Shown here: positions 10,199 through 18,314 of the stretch, in pieces
Layout of the letters: every line of letters starts with the position of its first letter
Numbering within the stretch: the first letter of the stretch is position 1
NCBI GenBank assembly: GCA_044229975.1
Contig: JBGARZ010000006.1
Coordinates: 384,001-448,000, forward strand
Origin: Polyangiales bacterium
GTDB lineage: Bacteria > Myxococcota_A > Polyangia > Polyangiales > Ga0077539
DNA length: 64,000 nucleotides
Direction: 5' to 3'
Translations under genes and position numbers: made by a program
The notes under the pieces: generated by a model
Databases searched by the model: none
What the model saw: only the letters and a program-made list of their open reading frames with translations
What the model was told of the DNA's origin: nothing

Positions 10199-10896
10199 TG
10201 ATGACGCGCGTGGCGGTGGTGCTGGGTGCGCTGGCGGTGATGGCTGCGGCGACGAGCGCCGAGGCGCAGATGCGCCCGGTGGATGCGCCGTGGCGGGTGA
10301 GCCTGGAGGTCGGCGGGCGGTGGCATCGGGACCAGGCCCTGGATGCCTTCAGCACGACGAGATCGCCGGCGGCGTTCGGGCTCTCGGTGTCGCGGGACGT
10401 TGCACGGTTTGGCGACCGGACGGCGTTGGCCGTGGACCTCAACTGGAACAACGCCGTGCTCGAAGGGCAGTTGCGGGAGGCGTTGCAGGCGCGGATGACC
10501 GTTCACTCGATGAGCGCGGGACTGACGGTGCGGTGGCGGCTGCTGTGGTGGCTGGAGCCGTACGGGCGGCTCGCCGCGGGGGCGATGTACTCGGACCTCA
10601 CGCTGACGCCCGAGCAGAGCACGTCGGGGGCGCTGACCGGGGATGCGTGGGCGTTCATGGCGTCGGCGGGGGCGGGCGTGCAGGTGACGACGGGGAGGTT
10701 TCTCGGGCCGCTGCGATTGGTGATCGGGCTGGAGGGCGGGTACCAGATGGCGCTCGATCAGGGGATGAGCGTGCGGCAGCAGCGGTTGTTGGACGACGCA
10801 GCGGAGGCCGATCGGTTGCCCGCGGCGGAGACCAACCTTGGCAGCGTGAACCTGAGCGGCGGATACCTGCGGTGGATGCTGGGGTTCAGGTTCTGA
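10198..10896 (+). CDS. Outer-membrane beta-barrel protein
   Basis: Signal peptide ending AEA-Q; alternating strands (WLEPYGRLAAG); C-terminal beta-signal YLRWMLGFRF; TGATG coupling. Confidence 0.8.
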   Translation: MMTRVAVVLGALAVMAAATSAEAQMRPVDAPWRVSLEVGGRWHRDQALDAFSTTRSPAAFGLSVSRDVARFGDRTALAVDLNWNNAVLEGQLREALQARMTVHSMSAGLTVRWRLLWWLEPYGRLAAGAMYSDLTLTPEQSTSGALTGDAWAFMASAGAGVQVTTGRFLGPLRLVIGLEGGYQMALDQGMSVRQQRLLDDAAEADRLPAAETNLGSVNLSGGYLRWMLGFRF

Positions 10897-10921
10897 CGAA
10901 GGAGAGAGCACCTCAAGTGGC

Positions 10922-13276
10922 ATGAGAGGTGCGATGGTCGGCCGCATGAGCGGGACGACGGGACCCTTCGGAGGAGTGCTTTCCCTCGACAATGGTGTCA
11001 CCCGAGAGGTGCTGACGGAGGCGCTGGCGGCAGCCCTCGTGGCCACACAGGGGCGCGCGTACACGTTGCCGGTCGAGGCGGCGGATGCCGAGATGGCGCG
11101 GGTGGTGTTCTTCCGCTTCGAGGCGGAGGGCGTGCGCTACGAGGGTGACGTCTCGCGCTTGCAGCCGTGGCGGCTGGAGTCGCCATCGACGGCAGAGGCG
11201 CTCGCGGCGCTGGCGAGCGTCGGGCGGTGTCTCGGGCGGCTCCATGAGCGCGGCATCGTCCACGGTGACCTGCGCGCGGAGATGCTCCGCGTCGATGAAG
11301 CGGGGAAGGTGACGGTGCTGGTTCCGGCGCACGCGAGCGCGCCGGGGGCGGTGTTGAAGGCGCGGCTGCACCCGGGTGGAGCACCGGCGATCGCGGTGGG
11401 TTTTGCGGCGCCCGAAGCGGTGGAAGGCGCGGAGGTGACGGCGGCGACGGACGTGTACGGGCTCGCGGCCATCGCCTACGCGACGCTCACCGGGCAAGCG
11501 CCGCTGGGACAGGTGGAGCGCACGGCGGCGCGAAGTCTCAGCGGGTCTGGCGCGTTGGTCGATGGGGCGCTCAGGCAGGTTCCGCCGATGCGGCCGAGCA
11601 TGGAGACGCTCGTCAACGGGCTCGCGAAGGGGGCGGCGTCGTGGAACTCCGAGGAGGCACTGCACAGCAGCGCGTACCGCACGGCTCCGCATGGGCAGGC
11701 CGCGACGCCAGGGGTGGTCGGAGCGGGCGCGCCGGACATCTCGCCGGTGTTGGTGCTGGTGCTGGTGATTGGTGGGCTCTGCGCCTTCGTGGGCGCGGTG
11801 CTGCTCGTGGTCGCGGTCGGGGACGCGGTCGGTGCGGCCGGGCGTGTGGCGACGCTGCTCGGGGTCGCGGCGCTGTCGTGGGGCGCCGGGGCGCTCGCGG
11901 GGCGCTACCGCATCGACGCGGGGGTGACCGTGGGGCGCGGGCTCGCCGGGCTCTTTGCGACGGTCGCGGTGGCGTATGCGTTCTCGCAGCTCGACGAGGT
12001 GGGGCGCCTCGGGCTGCTCATCGGACTCACGACGGGGGCCTTCGTCGGCGGCGCGATGGCCGGGAAGCGCGGTGCGCCGTTGGGTGGCGTGGTGTTGCTC
12101 GCGCTGGGGAGTCAGCTCCTCTGGGTCGTCGGCGCGCAGATCATCAGCATGAGCCATGTGGGCGACGGTCCGGGCGTCATCGCGGTGCTCGCGGCGGTGG
12201 TCTCGCTCGTGACGTACGGACTCGCGCTGCTGCGACGAACGGGGCCCTTCGGCGTGCTCGCGGCGATGGACGTCGCGGTGCTGTGCGCGTCGCTCGGGGC
12301 GTACCTGCGGACGGGGACGGTGATGGGGCCGGCGACGTTTGCGCTGGGCGTGGCCGGGCTGTACGCGCTGCTCGCGCAGCTCGCGGCGTGGCGTGAGGCG
12401 AAGAGCACAGCACTGCCGATGACACTGGGGGCGGCCGGTGCGGCGGGGCTGAGCGCGCTCGCGGGCGGTGTGGTGATGGTCGATCACTGGGACACGCACG
12501 GGCTGCTGGGCGCGGCGTGGCCCTTCGTGGTGGCGGCAGCGGCCGCGGTGGCGGTGGTGGCGAAGGCGTCGTCGCCGCTGAAGGACGCGGCGGCCTTCGT
12601 GGTGGGGGCGATCGTGGTGCTCGCGCCGACGAGCGAGGCGATGCTGCGCGACGAGCTGGGGTTCACGCTCTTCGCGGTGGGCGTCGGCGGTGCGGTGCTG
12701 GCGGCGGCGCTGTGGCGGCCGGAGCTGAAGGAGCGCGGGGAGGTTCGCGCGGAGGCGCTGCTGGCGGGGTTGTTCGGGGTGATGGCGTCGCCGGACGCGC
12801 GGCTGTTGCACGCCATCGGGGAAGGCCGCGGTGAGTGGTTGGCGGGAGACAGCGGCGGGCGCTGGGTGGTGATGGGGGCCGTGTCAGTGGGATTGCTGGT
12901 GATGTCGTACGCGGTGACGACGCGGGTGAGCCGCGCGCGCTACCGGCTGCTGGAGGTGGCGGCGCTGGTGCAGTGGTTTGGGGTGCTGACGCTGCAGGTG
13001 CTGGCGGCGCATCGGGAGGCGGCGCCCGCAGCGCTCGTGCTGGGGTCGGCGGGGGGACTGGTGGCGCTGGCGGTGGGGACGCGGCGCGCGGCGGTGCTGT
13101 TGATCTCGGTGGCCGCGCTGATCGTGAACCTGTGGGTGCAGTACTTCGCGCGGCTGGAAGGGGTGTTTCCGTTGTCGGTGAGGCTGGTGGGGTTCGGCGT
13201 CGGGCTGCTGGTGGGCGGCGTGCTGTACGAACAGCAGGTGAAGCAGCGGCTCTCGCGGCTGAAGGACTGGGGATAG
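10922..13276 (+). CDS. Degenerate protein-kinase domain fused to a large polytopic membrane domain
   Basis: HGDLR, GFAAPE, TDVYGLA and RP C-lobe motifs, but no GxGxxG, VAIK or DFG; the C-terminal ~500 aa hold many hydrophobic helices. Confidence 0.8.
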   Translation: MRGAMVGRMSGTTGPFGGVLSLDNGVTREVLTEALAAALVATQGRAYTLPVEAADAEMARVVFFRFEAEGVRYEGDVSRLQPWRLESPSTAEALAALASVGRCLGRLHERGIVHGDLRAEMLRVDEAGKVTVLVPAHASAPGAVLKARLHPGGAPAIAVGFAAPEAVEGAEVTAATDVYGLAAIAYATLTGQAPLGQVERTAARSLSGSGALVDGALRQVPPMRPSMETLVNGLAKGAASWNSEEALHSSAYRTAPHGQAATPGVVGAGAPDISPVLVLVLVIGGLCAFVGAVLLVVAVGDAVGAAGRVATLLGVAALSWGAGALAGRYRIDAGVTVGRGLAGLFATVAVAYAFSQLDEVGRLGLLIGLTTGAFVGGAMAGKRGAPLGGVVLLALGSQLLWVVGAQIISMSHVGDGPGVIAVLAAVVSLVTYGLALLRRTGPFGVLAAMDVAVLCASLGAYLRTGTVMGPATFALGVAGLYALLAQLAAWREAKSTALPMTLGAAGAAGLSALAGGVVMVDHWDTHGLLGAAWPFVVAAAAAVAVVAKASSPLKDAAAFVVGAIVVLAPTSEAMLRDELGFTLFAVGVGGAVLAAALWRPELKERGEVRAEALLAGLFGVMASPDARLLHAIGEGRGEWLAGDSGGRWVVMGAVSVGLLVMSYAVTTRVSRARYRLLEVAALVQWFGVLTLQVLAAHREAAPAALVLGSAGGLVALAVGTRRAAVLLISVAALIVNLWVQYFARLEGVFPLSVRLVGFGVGLLVGGVLYEQQVKQRLSRLKDWG

Positions 13277-13291
13277 GCGAGGGCGGGAATA

Positions 13292-13362
13292 CCCTATCGG
13301 GTAAGGCCGGGTGCTGGGGCGTGGGCGGACGCGTCCCTATCGGGTAAGGCCGGGTGCTGGGG
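13292..13362. repeat. Perfect 28-bp direct repeat (ccctatcgggtaaggccgggtgctgggg x2, 43-bp period)
   Basis: Copies at 13292-13319 and 13335-13362; the second contains the MFS stop codon. Confidence 0.95.
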
Positions 13363-14557
13363 ACGTGAGCGGGGGCTCGTCTCGGCGCGAGCGGGCCATC
13401 ATTCCGAGCGCGGCGAGCGACGCGAAGAGGGCGCCGACCCCGAAGGCCACCCGCGGGCCGTGCCACCGCAGCAGCTTCCCGAACATCACGCTCGCCGGGA
13501 GCACCATCAATCCCGCCACCAGGTTGAACGCCCCGTACGCCCGACCCAACGAGCGCTCGCCCGCCAGCGTCGCGACCAGGGCCCGCTCGGTCCCCTCGGT
13601 GAGCCCGTAGTAGGCGCCGTAGACCAGCAGCGCGATGGCTGCCATCCAGGGCTTCGTCGACAGCCCGAAGCCCAGCCACGCCACCGCGTACAGACACCAG
13701 CCCAGCGTCAACGCCCGCGCCCGCCCGATGCGGTCGGCTACCCAACCGCCCGGAACCGTCGACGCCGCGCGCAGCAGCGACAGCGCGCCCCAAGCCAGAG
13801 GAATCCACCGCGTCGCGACCCCGAGCTGGTGCGCCCGCAGCACGAGAAACCCATCGCTCGCGTTGCCCAGCGAAAATACACCGACCAGTAAGAGAAAGCG
13901 CTTGAGCGCGCCCGGCAGCGGCGCCCGCGCGTCGTCGGCCGCGGCCTTCTTCGTCTCCGCGGTCTCGACCACCGGCGTCTCGCGCACGAAGAACACCACC
14001 GCCAGCAGCGCGAGCGTCCCCGGCACGATGGTCGCCGCGAACACCATCCGCAGGTCGTCGTGCGTCGCCGTGAGCACCGCCAGCGCCACGAGCGGGCCGA
14101 ACACCGCGCCCAGATTGTCCATCCCGCGGTGGAACCCGAACGCGTACGCCCGGTGCTTCTCGGGCGTCTCGCGCGCGATGAGCACGTCGCGCGGCGCCGT
14201 GCGGATGCCTTTGCCCACGCGGTCGACGAAGCGCACCGCGAGCACCTGCCACGGCGCCGCGGCCAGCGAGAGCAGCGGCCGCACCAGGTTGGCCACGCCG
14301 TACCCGAGCAGCACCACGGGCTTCTTGCGCGGCATCCGGTCGGACACCTTGCCCGAGATGAACTTCACCACCGCCGCGGTCGCCTCCGCGACGCCCTCGA
14401 CGAGGCCCACCCAGTCGGCCGACGCGTGCAGCGTCACCGTCAAGAACAGCGGCAGGTACGGCACCACCATGTCGGCCGCCACGTCGGTGAGGAAGCTCAC
14501 CGCCGACAGCGCCACCACCGCGCGCGCCAGCTTCGGGCGCGTGTCGCCCGCGCTCAC
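13337..14557 (-). CDS. MFS transporter
   Basis: SGKVSDRMPRKK and GGWVADRIGR motif A; RFVDRVGKGIRTAPRD; ~12 TMs; GTG start overlaps the upstream stop (GTGA). Confidence 0.92.
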   Translation of the reverse strand: MSAGDTRPKLARAVVALSAVSFLTDVAADMVVPYLPLFLTVTLHASADWVGLVEGVAEATAAVVKFISGKVSDRMPRKKPVVLLGYGVANLVRPLLSLAAAPWQVLAVRFVDRVGKGIRTAPRDVLIARETPEKHRAYAFGFHRGMDNLGAVFGPLVALAVLTATHDDLRMVFAATIVPGTLALLAVVFFVRETPVVETAETKKAAADDARAPLPGALKRFLLLVGVFSLGNASDGFLVLRAHQLGVATRWIPLAWGALSLLRAASTVPGGWVADRIGRARALTLGWCLYAVAWLGFGLSTKPWMAAIALLVYGAYYGLTEGTERALVATLAGERSLGRAYGAFNLVAGLMVLPASVMFGKLLRWHGPRVAFGVGALFASLAALGMMARSRRDEPPLTSPAPGLTR

Positions 14558-16080
14558 TCGTCGACGATGGGCGTGACCATCTCCTCGGGTCCGAAGAGCG
14601 AGAGCTGTAGCCACTTCGCGAGGCCCTTGCCCTCCATGCGAGCCACGAGCTGCTGGGCCGCGCGGTTCATCTTCTGGAGCTCACGCAGGCGCAGGTTGCG
14701 CTCGGTAGGCAGCGCGTCGGCGAAGCGCCACGCCGTCTTGCCCTCCGGGTGCGACACGATGCGAAGCCACGTGCGCCACTCGTGCGCCGCCGCCTCGGAC
14801 ATCACCCGCCGCGTCAGGTCGTGCAGCGCCGGGGTCGCCTGCTCGTTGCCGTGCGTGCTCTCCAACAGCATCCCCGTGGTGAGCGACTGCGCCCCGCGCG
14901 TGAGGCACGCGCACGCCTCGGTGAGCACCACGCGCGCCACGTCGTGCAGCTTCGAGGTCTCGCGGAAGTTGCCGCGCTCAGCCGCTACCGGGAGCGCCAA
15001 CTGGAGCAGCGGCTCGGGGGCGATGAGGTCGTCTCGCACGTCCGCGTTGACGTGGTACTGGAGCGCCGACAGCACGCGGATGGCCGTGGACGCGGGGGTG
15101 CGCGCGCCGAGCTCCAGCGAGAGACCTTCGCGGTCGACGGTGAAGAGCGCCGCGCGGCCCACGTCGAGGTCGACGGCGCGGATCTGGAAGCTCTCCGCGC
15201 CCGTCTGCTCGGGGATGCCCCACAGGCGGAAGGGCTCGGTGCCCGAGAACATCCGACCGACTCCATACGCCAGGTCGTCGAGGGTCCAGCGCACCGGGAT
15301 CATCACGCGCCGTGGGGTCTTCTGCGCCGCCTCCAGCGCCGTCACCAGCGTGTCGTGCTCGGCCAGCAGCGCCTGCACCAGGCGCTCGTGGTCGGCGAAG
15401 GAGGTCCCGATCGCGGTGATCTTCCCGGTGTGGAACACCTCTGCCAGGCAGTACTTCTCGTCGTCGCCGAGGCGGACGCGCACGCTGTACACGCTCGTCG
15501 CCATCGGCAGCACGTCGCTGTGCCGCAGCTTGTCGAGGGTCTCCTTGGCGCGTGGTCCCCAGAAGCGCAGCGTCACCGAGTCGATGCCCGCGGGGTCGGG
15601 CGTCCTTCGCAGCGGTCGACGGTCGTGCCGCAGCGAGAACAGAACCATCTTCGCCTCCTGGCTCTTGGCCAGGGTCTCGAGCGCGCGCGGCGGCAGCCAT
15701 ACACACTCCAGTAAGCCCGAACCCGACACCAGCATCTCGTGGACGCGGTCGGCGTCCTTGGCGGTTCCGACCGTGTAGAGGCGGTGGATGCGGACGCCGG
15801 AGGTGTCGAGCCAGAGCTGCACCTCCTCGCCGAGCCACAGCGCCACGAGGTGGGCGTCGTCGGTGCGCTCGACGGTGATGCCGAGCGGGCCGCACAGCTC
15901 CTGGAGGGCGCCGTAGGGGTCCGAGCGCATGCGCCCGTGAGCTTCCAGCAGGAAGGTCTTGAGGGCGGTGCGGGCTTCGATGTCTTCGTCGATCGCGGGG
16001 CCGCCGGCGCGCGTGGACGCTGCGGTCATCTGCCGCTCCAACAGCAGCGAGAGGTCGCGCCGCGAACGGATCGTGAACAT
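14554..16080 (-). CDS. Hypothetical soluble protein with a C-terminal QLSLF motif
   Basis: 508-aa ORF with genome-typical codon use and ordinary protein composition; no family recognised. Confidence 0.8.
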   Translation of the reverse strand: MFTIRSRRDLSLLLERQMTAASTRAGGPAIDEDIEARTALKTFLLEAHGRMRSDPYGALQELCGPLGITVERTDDAHLVALWLGEEVQLWLDTSGVRIHRLYTVGTAKDADRVHEMLVSGSGLLECVWLPPRALETLAKSQEAKMVLFSLRHDRRPLRRTPDPAGIDSVTLRFWGPRAKETLDKLRHSDVLPMATSVYSVRVRLGDDEKYCLAEVFHTGKITAIGTSFADHERLVQALLAEHDTLVTALEAAQKTPRRVMIPVRWTLDDLAYGVGRMFSGTEPFRLWGIPEQTGAESFQIRAVDLDVGRAALFTVDREGLSLELGARTPASTAIRVLSALQYHVNADVRDDLIAPEPLLQLALPVAAERGNFRETSKLHDVARVVLTEACACLTRGAQSLTTGMLLESTHGNEQATPALHDLTRRVMSEAAAHEWRTWLRIVSHPEGKTAWRFADALPTERNLRLRELQKMNRAAQQLVARMEGKGLAKWLQLSLFGPEEMVTPIVDE

Positions 16081-16141
16081 GGCGGAGGACGCTACGCTGC
16101 GCGGCGGCGGGGGCGGTAATTTCCGGGCAACCGGGGGAGTG

Positions 16142-18280
16142 TCAGCGCACCCAGATGGCGTACGCCGCGCCGGGGTTGGGGTAGTAGATCAGCCCGGTGC
16201 TGTAGCTGCTGTACATCCAGTTGGAGGCGTTGGCGCCGCACAGCGTGAGGCCGTTGTTGGTCCCCGCGTTGCCGAAGTCCCAGCCGTCGCCGAGGCTCCC
16301 GTGGCCCTTGCAGTCGGCGGGCGCGCCCGCGGGCTGGTTCACCTGCCCGGAGCCCCCGTCGGTGTAGCTCGCCGGGCCGCCGCACCAGTAGAAGCCGTCG
16401 TTGTTGTAGAGGTAGTAGCCCGGCTGCCCGAAGCGGATGCGCAGGCTCGTGCGCTGGATGTCGGTGCTCAGGTACGTGCGCGCCCCCGCCCCGTAGGCCG
16501 CCAGCCGCATCGTCGTGTACGGGAACGCGTTGAGGTCGACCCAACCCGCGACGCCCGTCGTGCTCGATGAGGCCATCGCAGGGTTGGTCGCGAGCGCCGC
16601 CACGTTGGTGTACGCCGCGCCGAAATCACCGTAGTTGCCGCGGTGCGCGGAGTTCTTGAGGAAGGTGAGCGTCCAGCCGCCGCCGCTCGTCTCCATGTCG
16701 CACACCACGCTGAACGCCGCGACGCCGCCCGCCCCGTCAGGGTCGATGGAGTACACCCCCGACGGCAGCGCAGGTAGCGCCGCGTGGATCGCCGCGCAGC
16801 TCGCCAGCGCCGTGCACGCCCCCGCCGCGCACCCCTGGCCCGTCGCGCAGACGCGACCGCACGCCCCGCAGTTGAGCACGTCGGCGCGCACGTCGCGCTC
16901 GCACCCGGTCGACGCCATCCCGTCGCAGTTGTCGAAGCCCGTCGCGCACGTCGTGACGGAGCACGCGCTCGCCGCGCACGTCGCCGTCGCGACGTTGGCC
17001 GTCACGCAGCTCCGACCGCAGCCGCCGCAGTTGGTCGCGCTCGTCGCGAGGTTGGTCTCGCACCCGTCGCTCGCGTCGCCGTTGCACTCGCCGTAGCCCG
17101 CCACGCACACGCTCGAACACGCGCTCCCCGTACACGCCGGAACCGCGTTGGGACGCGTCGCGCACGCCGTCCCGCACACCCCGCAGTGCGTCGCGTTGGT
17201 GCGCGTGTCGACCTCGCAGCCGTTGCTCGCGTTGAGGTCGCAGTCGCCGAAGCCCGTCGTGCAGGAGGCCACGGTGCACACGCTCGCCACGCACGCGCCG
17301 GCGGCGTTGGGCGGGGCGCAGCCGCGGTTGCACGCGCCGCAGTGGGCGGCGCTGGTGCGGGTGTCGACCTCGCAGCCGTTGCTCGCGTCGCCGTCGCAGT
17401 CGGCGAAGCCGGTGAGGCAGGTCGAGCCGCAGACGCCCGCCGCGCAGGACGCGGTCGAGTTGGCGGGGACGGGGCATGCGTTCATGCACGCGCCGCAGTG
17501 CGCGAGGTCGGACTGGGTGTTGGTCTCGCAGCCGTTGGTCGCGTTGCCGTCGCAGTTGGCGTTGGGCGCGGTGCAGGTGCCGACGGCGCAGGTGCCGTTC
17601 ATGCACAGCGAGGTGCCGTTGGTGATGGTGCACCGCGCATCGCACGCGCCGCAGTGGGCGACGTTGGACTGCGGGTCGACGCACGCGCCCGCGCAGCACT
17701 GCTGCGACGACGGACACGGCCGCGACGGGTTGCACCCGGCGACGCAGACGGCGCCGACGCAGAGCGTTCCGGAGGGGCAGTGGGCGTCGGTCACGCAGTC
17801 GACGCAGGCGTGGGTCGCCACGTCGCAGCGCCGCGTGGACACGCCGCCGTCGCCGCTCGTCGCGCAGCCCTCGTCGTTGCGACAGCCCGCGGTGCAGGTG
17901 TTCGTCCCGGCGACGCAGTACTGACCCGCGGGGCAGGTGTCGGCGCTCGCCACGCACTGCACGCACCGACCCGAGACGGTGTCGCACGTCGCACCGCCCG
18001 CGTTGCCCGCGCACGACGCGTTGTCGGTGCAGCGAAACGGGACGTCCACGGCGGGGGCGTCCCCCGCGTCGATGCCCGGCACGTCGGGCGCGACCTGCAC
18101 GTCGACCACGTCCATGCCTTGCACGTCGGGCCTGTCGATGGCGGGAACATCCACCGGGTTGGAGCCCGTGTCCGAGCTGGCGTCGACGTCGGCGTCGTTG
18201 CCGCCCACGACGGTCTGGTTGTCGCTGCACGCCACGGCCAGCGAGCACAGGGCACAGGCGGTCCACCATCGAAGTGTCAT
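16142..18280 (-). CDS. Cys-rich repeat lipoprotein with a C-terminal fibrinogen-like domain
   Basis: Lipobox LAVAC; Asp-rich linker; repeated NCDGxxxNGCExxxxxxxxHCGAC units; SCAAI...SGVYSIDPDG...VCDMETSGGGWTL. Confidence 0.88.
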   Translation of the reverse strand: MTLRWWTACALCSLAVACSDNQTVVGGNDADVDASSDTGSNPVDVPAIDRPDVQGMDVVDVQVAPDVPGIDAGDAPAVDVPFRCTDNASCAGNAGGATCDTVSGRCVQCVASADTCPAGQYCVAGTNTCTAGCRNDEGCATSGDGGVSTRRCDVATHACVDCVTDAHCPSGTLCVGAVCVAGCNPSRPCPSSQQCCAGACVDPQSNVAHCGACDARCTITNGTSLCMNGTCAVGTCTAPNANCDGNATNGCETNTQSDLAHCGACMNACPVPANSTASCAAGVCGSTCLTGFADCDGDASNGCEVDTRTSAAHCGACNRGCAPPNAAGACVASVCTVASCTTGFGDCDLNASNGCEVDTRTNATHCGVCGTACATRPNAVPACTGSACSSVCVAGYGECNGDASDGCETNLATSATNCGGCGRSCVTANVATATCAASACSVTTCATGFDNCDGMASTGCERDVRADVLNCGACGRVCATGQGCAAGACTALASCAAIHAALPALPSGVYSIDPDGAGGVAAFSVVCDMETSGGGWTLTFLKNSAHRGNYGDFGAAYTNVAALATNPAMASSSTTGVAGWVDLNAFPYTTMRLAAYGAGARTYLSTDIQRTSLRIRFGQPGYYLYNNDGFYWCGGPASYTDGGSGQVNQPAGAPADCKGHGSLGDGWDFGNAGTNNGLTLCGANASNWMYSSYSTGLIYYPNPGAAYAIWVR

Positions 18281-18314
18281 TGCGTGCGAAGCCTCCGAAG
18301 CGCGACGCTAACAG

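Noticed and set aside
13292..13362. 28-bp direct repeat as a mini-CRISPR
   Set aside because: Only two copies, a 15-bp gap, not palindromic, and one copy is coding sequence.
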